Made by a program: the position numbers and the translations under genes
Notes under the pieces: generated by a model
Databases searched by the model: none
Seen by the model: only the letters and a program-made list of their open reading frames with translations
What the model was told of the DNA's origin: nothing
Origin: Schmidtea polychroa
Lineage: Eukaryota
Length of the DNA: 64,000 nucleotides
NCBI GenBank assembly: GCA_044892525.1
Contig: CM097888.1
Coordinates: 43,958,001-44,022,000 of the forward strand
Reading direction: 5' to 3'
Shown here: positions 37,801-51,989 of the stretch, piece after piece
Layout: each line of letters starts with the position of its first letter
Position numbering within the stretch: the stretch's first letter is position 1

Positions 37801-39949
37801 TAGCTAGTTTGTCAAAAATGTCCGTAATCTTTTCACTAAGACCGTTTTTGAGCTGTTACTTTCGTTTTTTTTTATTTTGGCGTATATATATATATATATA
37901 ACCCCCAACAAGGTTTTAGTTTACACCGACTTATGGTTTTGTGATTGTTGTTTACAAGTATTGTCATTGTACTATTTTTTGTTTGGATTATTAAAACTTG
38001 AAACGGTAATAAAAAAAATTAATTAAAATTAATTAAAATTAATTAATATAATTAAAAATTGAAAAATCAATAAATCATCAAAATTATATTAATTAATTGA
38101 TTAATTAAAATGTTAGTTAGAGTTATAAATCATTAAAATTATATTACCACAACTCTAATGATTATGATTGATGTCAAATAAAATTAATTAATTGAATTAA
38201 AGTAAGTAAAATGACTAATTTCTAACATAATGGGGATGAGCGCTAAATACTGGCATTTTATTTATAAAATTAATTTAATTAAAATAACATGCTGAAAGAA
38301 AGCCGACAATCACGAAAACAATTCATTAAAAGATTGTTATATGACCAAAAGCCGACAATATAAACCCTAGGACATTTTTACATTCTTACTTTCTTACTGA
38401 AATATTTACAAATCCAACACGGTTATTTTATTATATATAAATCTTTTATTTATTTATACAAATAGTATTTTTATTACATATAAATTTAAGTTGAATATCA
38501 ATTAAAACTTCAGAAATTAATAAAAAAAATATTTATTTCATTATTGCGTAATTTATTTTGTTTGTTTTTTCTATACAATTTCATAATGCTGATTTATTAT
38601 ATTACAAATAACCTCGAGGAATGAATTCCCAATAATACGTAAATTAATAATTCCCTCCTAACAAACATCCGGGCATATTTGTGATTGAAATCTAATTATT
38701 CATGACTTGAATCAGTCGTCTAAAATAAATCAGATCAATTGCAAATATTTCTTCTGCTGTGATCATCATTTCTGTAACTGAAACACACATAAATAGGGAC
38801 TAAGTCATGCCAAACTTGTAGACAAGCCATACTTTTAGTGGATAATTGAAAATATATGTGGGACCGATATAAAATGTGAGAAATCGCTACTTTTTATATA
38901 ATGTCGTTGTCTGTTCATGTTTATAACTTATATCTTGTAAATCTTGTATTTTCTCCTTTTTTAAAATTTTTACCAACAGAACGTGTATAATATTATATAT
39001 TATATGCTCCCTTTATTTTGTACCAACATTTAAAATATTTGCATTTCATTATNNNNNNNNNNNNNNNNNNNNNNNNNNNNNNNNNNNNNNNNNNNNNNNN
39101 NNNNNNNNNNNNNNNNNNNNNNNNNNNNNNNNNNNNNNNNNNNNNNNNNNNNNNNNNNNNNNNNNNNNNNNNNNNNNNNNNNNNNNNNNNNNNNNNNNNN
39201 NNNNNNNNNNNAGTATGCTAGTCTCAAATTTATAACTTTTTTTTAAGAATTCAATGATTATTTATTACTGTAATTCTTTCTTGGACATGGAATAGAACAA
39301 ATTGAAAATCCACTAAACAAGTTTAGAAAATTATTTAAAAAAAACAATTGGTTTTTTATTCTTTTTTTAGTCTTGCTTTTATTCTTACTATTAGCAATGC
39401 ATATTCGTAAAAAGACCTTTCGCAATGTCCTGATATTTTTACTAACATTTTTGTTTAAATTATATTTTAAAATTAATTAATTAAAAATTGTTTATTTTTT
39501 TTTGATAACTATTATTTCCAGTTATTTTACAATTGAATGCAATAATTGAATATCAAACATTTCGGATATTTTGTTCTTTCAAATCGGATTGTATATATTA
39601 TGTGACATTTAATTATTTACATAATTATTTATTCAAATGGTTCATTCGTTTTTTAGACGCACTTAAATATTAAAAAATGGACCCAAAATGAATGTGGCAT
39701 TCTATTTAAAATAGCAAAACATATATAATTATTACCAAATATTAATTTGTGTTCTTTAATTTTTATGGAAGAATATTTTATAAATAAAAATTATTTTACA
39801 AGTTCCACTGTGCTGGCACAAATAAAATACAAAAAAACATTAGAAATTTCAAACTACATTTTATCCAAAAGGATTTATATCAAAATACATGCTAAATGAA
39901 CCCCTCCAAAATAGACAAAGTGATTAATCCGTAGTTTATCTTGGGTTAG

Positions 39950-40425
39950 GTTATTTGGGTTACCTGTGGCCTCCCGGGGCTTCATGTGCGGCCTCCGGAG
40001 CCTTATCGAAAAAAATCTTAATTTATATAAAAAACCTTGAATTTTGAGGATTTACAAATAAAATACTATAACTACTGAACTGTATATATACCGTACTGTA
40101 TAAGCATCCAGTCGAGTAGACAGAACGAAATATAAAAGTCAATCATGCACACCCAAAAATACAAAACGTATGTAGAAGAATAAATAAGATTTTTAAGCAC
40201 TCATTTGTGAAATGATGACTTATTTGCATCAATTTTTCGATTCAGAAATAATAAAAATTTTCCAGAATATTTCGTATAGCTGCATTTTTCAAATCTGGAG
40301 ACTGATTATAAACAAAAGATTTAAAATGAAATTAATTAATGTTAAAATACTTTTTGACTATGGCCTCATTTGGAGGCGAAAAATTTCAATGTGACCTTTG
40401 GAAATAAATAGGTTCCCCACCCTTG
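39950..40425. mobile_element. Old non-autonomous hAT-type MITE
   Basis: Right end AGGTTCCCCACCCTTG (40410-40425) is the reverse complement of a CAxGGGTGGGGAACCT hAT terminus. The left end is degenerate but followed by ACCTGTGGCCTC...GCGGCCTC subterminal motifs. A possible TSD matches only 6 of 8. Confidence 0.45.
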
Positions 40426-40880
40426 GCCTAGGTATTATGTGTGAGTAGTACGCCTACTAAATGTTTTATTCGAACACAACATTTAGGCGTTGTGCAGTAA
40501 AATATTTATATTTTATGTCCATAAAAACACACAGAATTCACGTGTACATTTTTTAGCTTGTTGTGCATATTTATTTACATAAAAAATAATATTCCATGTA
40601 TTGTACAGTCATATTCTTTTTTTATTTTTAAACAAGGTTACGCGACGCCTTGCTATTTCGTTTAGTGTATGTCGCCCTCGAAAATGGAATAAAGGGACTA
40701 TATAGCGATAATTTACTATGGTAAATTATCGCTATACAAATATTGATAAAATACAAAATACAAAAAAAATATTGATGAAAGAAAATAATATAACTTAAAG
40801 AAATATGAATTTTATTATGATTGAGATTTTTATGTTATTTTAAAAAACTGGAAAATAAAATACAAATCGTTTTCTTAATT

Positions 40881-41053
40881 TTGAGATTTTGGACATTTGA
40901 AGATATTTGAAATAAAAAATCATATCTCTGAAACTTCTGGTGATTTGAATTAATCCCCAGCTTCGATTTGAATTTGAATAGTATTTTGAAACTTCTGAAT
41001 TTTGAGATTTTGGACATTTGAAAATATTAAAAAAACATATATCTGAAACCCAG
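40881..41053. repeat. Local tandem duplication, period about 121 bp
   Basis: TTGAGATTTTGGACATTTGAA...CATAT.TCTGAAAC at about 40881 and 41002. Confidence 0.75.
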
Positions 41054-41929
41054 GAAACATAACCATTCGCTACAATAAAGGAATCGGGAATTACAAAGTT
41101 AAAGAAAGAAACGACTTTCTAAAGTAATATTTATTTTATTGTCTAATAAAATTTGTAATTTTATCTAACTGTTGTTTGTATCTCTTCTACACAACACGTA
41201 CCCCGATTGTCTCGCCATATTTTTTTAACGGTGACTCTATCGGGTCCTTCAGGTCTCTCTACAATCAATCATAAAGCATACTAATACACCATACAAGTAA
41301 ATAAGGCTACACAAATACTATAACACTAATAAAGTACAATTAACTAAGGATACATCGCCTAACGTAATAATATTCCATATAATTCCAATTTGTTCCGATT
41401 ACGAATACGAAACATTTCAAAAGTAGGGCGTGGTATTTTTTTATTATTTTCGAAATAAGTCAAAGATAATTTTGAAAATAACGTGCGAGTTTTTTTTATC
41501 GTTTGTTTGTATTTTTTAAAAATTAAGTATAATGTGATTACATAAAAACTATTCAAAAAATATAAACTGATCATTCAATGCCGATGCCAAATGAAGAGGG
41601 GGAGGGTTAGCATTATCAAAAAATATATTATTGGTATATCGATTCTGGAAGGCACAACAGAAAATCTCAACTTCTAGCAATCAACAATTCGAAATTACAA
41701 ATAAAATGTGCACAAAAATTACCAAGTGGTCTAAGAAAATTGTAATTTGATGAAATTTAAAGACAAGTGTAAGAATGAGTAAAGAATCGAAGGTAAAAGG
41801 CTTAAAAGATAAAGATAAATATATACAATTAAAACCACAGAAAGTTTGCAATCGTTTAAAATTATTAGATGATAAAGGAAATTAGAGTTTTGATTTCAAA
41901 TGATTTCAAAATTATCAATGATTTAAAAG

Positions 41930-42520
41930 TCATCATAATTTAGTGTCTCGTCGTCAAACCGCAACAAAAAATAACCTCGAAAGGATGAAGAAAACATAAA
42001 CGTTCTCATAAACGTTTTACTACAACATTGACTAAAACTTCAAAAGGAAATCTTTAAATCCACACGTGCTATTTTGCAATTAAAAAAAATTAAAAAAACA
42101 AAAAAAAACAAAAACTGTCTTGTAAATGTTAATAGAACTGAAATGTTTAAAGATGTGATTTTGAAGCAAAATATTAAAAAAAATTATATTAATTAGGGAA
42201 CAAACCAGATTGCTTCATGAACCTATAGTGCTTATAATGGACTAAAGTATCTTTAAAAGTACAATATTCCTGCTGTATTCTTTCCCCGGAATTTAATTGG
42301 TTTCTTGCAATCTTTAGATGTAGCAGTAAATCGTAGCTTTCAAAAATATTATACAAGGATTTTAATAAATATATGTCGCAGAAGCATTACATATTTCTGA
42401 AATACAAACACAGCAAGGAAATTCAAAAATTCCAAAATATAACGCTGTTGTGGCTGACAGGGTCTCTAAAACAGATTTTAACCTTGATGGTTAGAGAATG
42501 CAAATTTTTTTTCTACCAGA
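41930..42520 (+). mobile_element. Decayed pogo/Tigger-like (CENP-B/DDE_1) transposase
   Basis: HNLVSRRQT at 41934-41960 (cf. RHNLSLRRRT) and FLQSLDVAVNRSFQ at 42302-42343 (cf. LQPLDVxVNxPFK). Confidence 0.65.
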
Positions 42521-43023
42521 TATTTTTATTTTTACAAAAATTACCTTTGTTTATAAACCTACTTGACTCAAATTATATATTTTCCAAAGTGGTATACAAG
42601 ATTGGAAAGTAGTGGGGTAAAAAATATGAAAAATCTAGAGTTCTAAAATTGACATACATTGAAAATTACACTTAGATTCTTTCCTAATTTTTCCTAATGA
42701 ATATATTTCTAGATTTGTTATGCGGATAATTTTGGTGTCCGATTAAAGTAATTAACAATTAGTTTTTTTAAGAGAATTACATTTAAGTCACTTTTAAATG
42801 TTTTTCCCTTTTCTGAATTGTTAGAATTTTTTAAATCGTACTTTGCCCATATTTTCACAGGAATTCAGATTAACTTGATTCACAACACGAATAAAATAAT
42901 AAAATTATATCTGAAGATTAAACTAGATAAAGTAATTCTGATGTCAATCAAAAGCACCTTTTCGAGTTTTGAAAAATACTTTTGTTTTAAATGATTATTA
43001 AATAATTAAGTATAATTATTTTC

Positions 43024-43460
43024 TTAATTATTTTTCACATTAATTTTCTAATAGTATGCAAACATTTAATTAATATTCAAACTAAACATTTATTTAAATA
43101 TTATTTAACAAATAATTAATTAAGTTTAGATAATTAGTAATGAAATACAATAATGAAAGTAATGAAATTCAATGAAATTCAAGTAATGAAATTCAATAAC
43201 ACATCCAAGATGTTTTTAGAATTTAATTTAATTTAATTTATTTAATTTTCTTTTAAATAGTCATTAAATAATTAGGTCTAACAAGTAATTATTTTATTAA
43301 TTATTTTCCACATTAATTTTCTAAGAGTATGTAAAACATTCAATTAATACTCAAACTAAACATTTATTTAAAAATAATTTAACAAATAATTAATTAATTT
43401 TAAATAATTAAAAATTAAATAATTATATCATTTCAATAACACATCTACGGTGTATGACCC
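43024..43460. repeat. Local tandem duplication, period about 273 bp
   Basis: TTAATTATTTT(T/C)CACATTAATTTTCTAA...AAACTAAACATTTATTT at 43024 and 43297. Confidence 0.8.
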
Positions 43461-43491
43461 AAAATGTTTTTATGAATTTTATTTAATCCTC

Positions 43492-43492
<1 letters not shown>

Positions 43493-43567
<75 letters not shown>
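43493..43567. repeat. (AAT)n microsatellite
   Basis: About 25 uninterrupted units. Confidence 0.97.
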
Positions 43568-43568
<1 letters not shown>

Positions 43569-43990
43569 CGAACTGCATCAAATTATAAAATTTAGTATAA
43601 ATTTGTGTTGCCAGTAAAACGTTCCATTAACAACTGCATATTTAATGCCAAAATAGTTAATTTTGAATTTTTATGCAAATTGAATAATAATCTTCAATAT
43701 TAGTAATAAATTATAATTATACTCTGAATTTCCCCATTACTATTATTATAAATATTAATACTATAACTATTATTACTAAAAATATTATACATAATCCAAA
43801 ATTAATTAATTTAACAAACTACTACAAAAATTTCACCTTCGAACTAAATATGTTTTGCAACAAATTATCAAAAGAATTTAATATTTTAAATTATAAAATA
43901 TATTTATTACTAAACGCTTTAAATTATATATTTAAATATATAAAAATTCTAACATTTTAATATTTTATAATTACTTATTATTAAAAATTC

Positions 43991-44171
43991 ATTTTTAACT
44001 TTAACTATTTAAATTTTATTTTAAACTATTTTAACAAAATATTACAAATATTTAATTTTCAGCTAAAATAACATAATAATAATAATAATAATAATAATTA
44101 TTATTATTATTTTTGACTTTAACTATTTAATTTTTATTTTAAACTATTTTAACAAAATATTACAAATATTT
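43991..44171. repeat. Local tandem duplication, period about 120 bp, running into a gap
   Basis: ACTTTAACTATTTAA..TTTATTTTAAACTATTTTAACAAAATATTACAAATATTT occurs twice. Confidence 0.8.
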
Positions 44172-45789
44172 NNNNNNNNNNNNNNNNNNNNNNNNNNNNN
44201 NNNNNNNNNNNNNNNNNNNNNNNNNNNNNNNNNNNNNNNNNNNNNNNNNNNNNNNNNNNNNNNNNNNNNNNNNNNNNNNNNNNNNNNNNNNNNNNNNNNN
44301 NNNNNNNNNNNNNNNNNNNNNNNNNNNNNNNNNNNNNNNNNNNNNNNNNNNNNNNNNNNNNNNNNNNNNNNNNNNNNNTTGGGAAATAATTTATTTACCA
44401 ATTCTGTAATAAAAATTATCTGAATCTGAAAAATTTGAAAAATCAAATGTTTATCGAAATAGTTTGTTTGTTTTACTGTTTCAATTACACAAAATTCAGA
44501 TGGCAAGTATGATTTGATGTGGGGTAAAAAGTGAAAATCAGATGGTGATGTTTACAAAATTATCGATGGTACAATGTTGAAATATTTCTAATAATATATA
44601 AATAATAATAATATTGTCACATTAATTTTTCTTGTTAGAGTGTTAATCGTATCCAAGATAATAATACCAGGAACAGATTCTATTCTGGACATTTTTAGAA
44701 TACGTTGAATTAATTTTTTATCGAAAAATCTTAACCAGAGTTTGTGTGAAATAATTTAACAGAAAACCTTTTAAATCCACATTTTTATCATATGTTTTAT
44801 ATTTTCAATATTACAGAAGAAATCAGATGTCAGAATTTCCATGGGATTTCAGATTTATAATGTATCATAATTGTTGCTACTGGACATATAGAAAATGGTT
44901 AACTCTCAATTAATTATTGGACAAAAGACCCTCTACTTTATATATTATAAATTATATTATGATATGGTTTCACTCCTTAAAATTAGGTTAAACAGTAAAT
45001 AAATATTACACCCAACAATATTTCAATACCAAAGTATTTGTCAAGACAATATGTAAGTATTTGAGTGATTGAATGCCTGTAAGCGTGTGTGCTAATAACA
45101 TGCATAATAAATACATTGCGAATAATACTTTATTTTACACGTTAATCAATTTCAAAGCCCGAGAAATGTAACATTTAATTTGTACAAAAATATAAAAATT
45201 CCAAAATGATTTGTTTTCATATCCGAATTCTTTATTTGGAGCTTATCTAAATTTTGATCATCGGTCCATTTGCCCGCCATAATATATATTAACTTTGATA
45301 TTGAATTCATTTTAATTTAAAATTAAAATAATTTAATAAGTCATTCAATTTAATATATTTTAAGATTAATAATTTGTTTTAATTTACATTATTTTTTATT
45401 AAGATTTCTAGTTAAAATAAATTTTCTAGTCTAGTAAAAAAAGGATTTTATGATATTTAATTATTTTATTGATTAAACTCGATCGAAAGACCCTGAAAAA
45501 ATTAATTTCTATCTAACTTTTAAGTAATCATAAAATTAGGTGTAAATATCTTAGGAAGTGAAATATTATTCATCAAATTTGTAATAGGTTAATAAGAAAA
45601 ATTAAGAGTTATTTTTACAAAAGATAATATGATAATATTAGTGGGAAAATATGAAATAAAGTAAATGGTAAGCAAATTGAAGGTGATAATGAAGAATAGC
45701 TAATGAACAAATCAACTGAAAACGAAAAGAGAATTGTGCGTCTAACCTTTTCCTCTTAAAGTTTGATTAAGTCTTTACCAAACACTTGT

Positions 45790-45883
45790 GAAACCCCTAT
45801 TACTGAAACCCTTATCACTGAAACCGTTATCACCGAAACCCCTAATACTGAAACCCTTATCACTGAAACCTTTAGAACTGAAA
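45790..45883. repeat. 15-bp tandem array (GAAACCCTTATCACT x6)
   Basis: Six consecutive 15-nt units starting at 45790, 45805, 45820, 45835, 45850 and 45865. Confidence 0.9.
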
Positions 45884-47202
45884 TATAATCTATTGATATT
45901 TTTATAAATATTTTAATTTGCATTTTGATAAATTATATAAATTATGCAAATAAAAACTTTATTTTTCTAAAATATTCTTTATAAAGTTATCAATTTATAT
46001 TTACGATTTCTTTAAACTTTGCGATTCTGTAAGTTTTCAAATAAATAATAGTTAATTTGAATTTTTTATATTTTCTATTTAAATCATATGATTACAATAA
46101 ACTATATAATATTAAAATAAATTGTTTAAATCTAGTCTTTTATTTATAACAATATTTAGGAGAAAAATAAACGTTACATTAGGATGTATTGTGTCAGTTG
46201 GATAATTGAAGGCTTCCAATTAGCGCTTTGTTTGACTAGCTCTCTTTTCCTGCAACTTATTTTTATATATTATTATATTGTTCATTCAATTTCATTTCAT
46301 TGTCAAAATTAGTCGCTTTTTATAATTTTATCTTTGAATTATTTTTAAAATTTTCCACTTTTCANNNNNNNNNNNNNNNNNNNNNNNNNNNNNNNNNNNN
46401 NNNNNNNNNNNNNNNNNNNNNNNNNNNNNNNNNNNNNNNNNNNNNNNNNNNNNNNNNNNNNNNNNNNNNNNNNNNNNNNNNNNNNNNNNNNNNNNNNNNN
46501 NNNNNNNNNNNNNNNNNNNNNNNNNNNNNNNNNNNNNNNNNNNNNNNNNNNNNNNNNNNNNNNNNNNNNNNNNNNGTAATAAAAGGACTAGTGGGACACA
46601 AAGAATGGGGTTTGACGGTTAATAAAAAGAATTGTTTTTTTATTAAAATTATTGTATTAAATTAGCAAATGAACAAAATATATTCAAAAAAATATGATCT
46701 AATAAATATAGATAATTAAATTCATTATAAATACAAATTACAGCTTGAGAACCAATTAAAGACAAAAATCAGAAAACTGATTATTGGCCATGCCAAATAA
46801 AATAATCTAATAGAATAAAATAAATCCTATGTGAAATAAAAAGTACGTATTATTTATCCTAATTATATTGAATATGAACTTATAAGAGCTGTGATAAAAA
46901 ATTTGTAACAACAATAAATTAAATTGAATTAAAAAAATTATTTTTAGAAAGAAAAATTAATAAAATTTCTTTATAAAATCTATAATATCTACAGTTTTTT
47001 TCTATCTTATCAGGTGATGACAGGAAAACTGTCGAAATATTTTGTAAAACAAATGCTTGATTTCTTATAATTTAATTATAAATAAAAGAAATTAAATTAT
47101 TTTTTTCCAATATTTGATGGACATTATGAAAATTTCAGAACTCCTTTTTAATATTAATCATTCAGTAACTTATAATAGCTTAGTGCAAAAATGTTGCACA
47201 AA

Positions 47203-48130
47203 AATTCTGGTCGGACAAAAAACCGAAAGACTAATATGATCGTTGCATAAAAAATAGCAAAAAAATCAACACTTTTTTATATCATTACTATACATTTAAT
47301 GTAAAGCTCAACAGTCTCAGGTATAATATTTGCTGTTAATTTTGCAAACTCAAATAATGAGCAATATCCCTAAGATAATCCGTAATTGTTCATTGCCCAT
47401 AATCGGTTACAATTGCTTTGATCCTCTTGACAGTGCCTTCGTATTTTCTTTTTTTGGTGAAATCTGTTGCCTTGTTACATACTTTTCCACCTTCATTCCA
47501 TGAGAGTAAAGAAAGAAAAGTGATTCAGTAAATTGAGAAATTAATTAAATTTGATCAAAAATTACGATCTTCCTATGTGATCAATCTTATTTTTTGCGAC
47601 TTTTTGTGAAGGATATTATTGATGGATACCTTAATTAAAGTATTAGGAAACCTTTATTATTTTAATGTGATTGGTTTACTTAATATTTATTTATTATTTA
47701 ATTTCTTATTTTTGTACATCCGAGTTCTTTACCAGAGTTTTTTACAACAATTTCAATTATTATGAAGAATATTGAAAGGATAAAAGCAACATAAATATAA
47801 TATTTTTCTTTTGCAAATTTTAATTGTCAATAGGTCCATGAGAGATTATGAAAAGGAAGAGCCAGTAACTTAAAAGTAAATTTTATCATAACCATCATTT
47901 ACGAAGAATGATAAGTCGCTCTACGCTTGACGACATAATCTACACGAAAATGACAAAACTGCCTTGCTCTTTTACCTAAGAAACATCACAAACATGGCAA
48001 TAGTAAATATGTAGCCAATAAGGTGACTGCTATTTATAGTAACAACGTCTTTAATGTCATCATTTTATTAATAGCCAAATCCAGGGACTTCTCTAACGCA
48101 CGACATTTCAAGGTTAAAAGTTAATTTATA
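47203..48130 (-). mobile_element. Decayed MULE (FLYWCH-type MuDR) transposon, 3' part
   Basis: 47336-47495 reads KRKYEGTVKRIKAIVTDYGQ*TITDYLRDIAHYLSLQN* (cf. DYLRGIAHN C-terminus). KLLALPF near 47850; TTTTGTCCG terminal-type motif at about 47210. Confidence 0.6.
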
Positions 48131-51100
48131 AGTCATTCTGAAAATTTAAATTTTAATAAATTATTCGTAAATATCTCTGATAAGACATTTTATAGGTATA
48201 TAAGAAAAAGATGTCCTTAAACTTTAAAGTATTAAAAATCAAAATATGAAAAAAATAAATTAAAACAAGTAAAAAGATTTCTGTATTTAAATTAATTTTA
48301 ATGAAAGCTAGTTGAAAATTTGTTTTGATGCAGCTTGAATAAACAAAAAATTTATTCAATAATTCAAAGAAATTTATTTAAGATGCGAAAAATAATTAGA
48401 TTTTTTGTAAGCTGTAAATCATAATATGACAATTTTAAGGAGAAAAAAAAGTTTGGAAAATCATCTTTCGAAATACTATTACAGCGTACTGGGAATTAAT
48501 TTTAAATTTTGGCGTTCACTACTTAAAACAAAACTGTTGTCTGAAATTCCATCAATCATAGTCTTATTATTTTAAGACAATTTAAAATCTTTGATAAATA
48601 ATTTCTCTGAAATTTATTAATTAACAATTTTAGTTGAGTAAGATTTAGTTACAGAAACACTAAGTGAATGAAATTTAGTTTTAATTAATTTTAATTTTTT
48701 TATATATTAATTTGTAAAATATACACAATAAAAATAAAGTGTCTTGTTACATCTGGTTGTCAATTAATCATATTGGAAAAGTATATTTATACAATATTAT
48801 AGTAAAATTATTATTTTAAAATTTTTATTGTTAATGTTTTGTTAAAATTTAATAATAAAAATATTTCTTTTTTAAAATTTGCTTTTTAAATGTCTGCACG
48901 CTTTTTAGCTATTTGTGCTGTGTAAATTTATCGTGTATGTATGTATTTACTCAATGTTAATTTTAAAAATTCCAAATCAAGAAATTATCGAATTAAAATT
49001 TGAAAAACGGGTCAGGTGTAAATTAGGTAATGGAAAAGATCATGGTGAGAACGGATTCGTCAGAATATTTTCAGAAAGGGTCGAAATGCAGGAAAACGTA
49101 CAAAAACAGGAAATCGTTAATTAATTAACTAATTAATTTAGGAAATCCCGAGTAAAGTAAATAGAAAGAAAAGTAAACAAGGTGAATTCTGGAAAACCAT
49201 TATCATGACAACATGAGTAATGGGAAAAATTATCATGAAATAGCAATGATAACATTGAAGGCCTAGTGTTACTAGTATGTTCAAATAATAATATCTTTGA
49301 AATCATTTGATTATTTAATCTGAATTTAATTTGGTCTTAAACATTTTAACCGCGCAGATTTAGACATGTTTGAGTATAATGTGGCTATTTGCAATATCCA
49401 AATGATGCAAAATTATTCTGGTTTTGCTTAGGCATCCTTTGTTGAATTTTGTATAAATACATGGGATTTTTCAACATCTTTTATTTGGAAAATTTTGTGA
49501 ATGTCAAATTATATATAATACAAAAATTTGGAAAAGAATTGGAATGTTGCAATTATTGAAAAGTAAAAATTCATAAAATTATAATCCAGATTTAAAATAA
49601 AATAGTTCGGTTAAAATTTATAAGACAATTCTTCAAATGTAATTAAGATAAAATTTAAAGTGGAGGAAATCAAATTTTAATTAAATGTAGTTAATTTTAT
49701 TATAATAATCATTTAAAATTCATTTGCCTAATTGTTTGTTCGGAAAGTTCAAAGGATTTTGATAAAAATGTTAATATGAGTGAAATTTATGATATTTGTT
49801 TTATTATAATAAATATTGTATTTATTAAAAAGCTTGACTATGAAATCAGTAAATATATCGATGTTTTTTGATAATCACGAATTTTTGGCACTGCCTTTTT
49901 CAAGTGATTTTGAGGTGATGAAATCAGTGGTGAAATTTGAAAAATGTTTTCATAATACTATAATAAATCTGTTAAATTTTAATGTTGCTTTATTAAAATA
50001 TATAAAGATATTATTTATGTAACTGTTAAAAATAAAAATAATAAACAACATTTTCGACAATCGATGCTATTTTTTTATCGAACGGTAAAATTTGTTTTGT
50101 ATATTTGTTCTGTTAATAATACTTTTGGTACTGTTCATAAATGATTTCATCACATTTAAGCTGCAAAACATGACAGTAAGCGTTTACCAACGGTGAAGGT
50201 TAAATAAAGATACTGTTAGAGAAAAAACAATTCGAAGAAAGAATAAAACTATCAAACAATATTGTAACAGAGCAAACAAGATGAGATTATACTAGCGACC
50301 GGGAAGATTGAAATGAAATTATTTATAACTATTTATCAAAGAATTAGGAAGATCTACAAAAATAGAATAAATGATTAAAGAATCATATTGATAAAAAAGT
50401 TTTATTTTTGACAGAATTCAATTATTATAATATAAATAAATTGTACTTTAATCTTTTTATTTATATTTCTGTTGAATTTAAAGGAATATAATAATTATAA
50501 ATATATAGCAAAAAGAACAAATATCTACATTTTTTCGCCTGAGTTAATTATACATCTTAAAGTGAAAACAATTTAAATTTTTTTATACTATATTAAGAAT
50601 ATTAAAAGTACAGTGAAAATGTTTTTTATTATTTATATTATCCAAAGTATTCATTAAAAGTAATAAAATCATATCAAATTATATAATAAAGGCCATTTTC
50701 CCTAATGGCATGATAAAAATTCTATTCTCAATGTCTAAAAATAAAATATCAAATTAAAAAAAATAAAACGGATATTATTTTATTTTTAGAAAATGTTATT
50801 GATATTGTCGAGATTTTATAAAGGTTTATAATTGTTCCACCCCATCAAATTTACCAGATAATTAGAGAATAATATTACCAAATTTATACCAGCAATCTGC
50901 ATAATTAATTAAGTTAATCTATGTNNNNNNNNNNNNNNNNNNNNNNNNNNNNNNNNNNNNNNNNNNNNNNNNNNNNNNNNNNNNNNNNNNNNNNNNNNNN
51001 NNNNNNNNNNNNNNNNNNNNNNNNNNNNNNNNNNNNNNNNNNNNNNNNNNNNNNNNNNNNNNNNNNNNNNNNNNNNNNNNNNNNNNNNNNNNNNNNNNNN

Positions 51101-51989
51101 NNNNNNNNNNNNNNNNNNNNNNNNNNNNNNTAAAGAGATATGCTTTCTCAGAAAATGACATTGAATTAATTTATTTTAAAGTAAGTATAAAATACGCCTG
51201 CGGCAGCTTACTTGGTGTAAGTTACGAAGCTATTTAATTTTCGACTAAAATTTATAATTTTCATAAATATTCTGAAATTAAACCAGCAAAAACTGAATTA
51301 AATAATTATTATGTATTTTAAGCTTATTTCATATAAACTTGAGTATATTACTTTAAATTTATTTTATATATTTGTTTAAACTTATCATTTTATATTTGTT
51401 TTATTTTATTAATTGAAATTTAGAAAATAATGATTGATGATTCTCAAATTTCTATTTACACATAATATATTATAAAACACGTAATATGAATTTTTGCCAT
51501 ATATTTATTCTGGGAAGTTCGAAAAACCCGGAACCCCTTTGAAATAGTTTAGTAAAAGTCATTTCGGTAAAAGTTTATCAACTAGTGAATAGAAATGTAA
51601 AATTTTTTTAATTTAACAAAACACAAATTTTCACTTTGAGATAATTTGTAAATAAATATTTCCAATTAATATTTAATTTGACCAAATTTACAAAACAAAT
51701 TTTCATTAAATAAAAAGTTTTTTTTTGTTTTTCAAGGCTTAATAAATAATTTTCTGTTGCAGATTTTGTTTGGGAAATTTCTATCAATATTTATGTTTTA
51801 CTGTAAGCTTTACACTGCACATTTCATTTCTTATTTACGATTTCTAATGCAAATTGACTAATAAAATAATTTTATGAATCTCTGTTTGGTGCAGAGGAAA
51901 AGAAATCACAAATCATTTTCGAGTTTGAAACTTTTTTATTAATCGAATTTAATAAACAAAATAAATTTCGTAACTTATTGTGGGGGTTA

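Noticed and set aside
45790-45883. 15-bp arrays as CRISPR-like arrays or as a TETxI peptide repeat
   Set aside because: Head-to-tail units without unique spacers, no cas genes, eukaryotic context, and no splice or ORF support.
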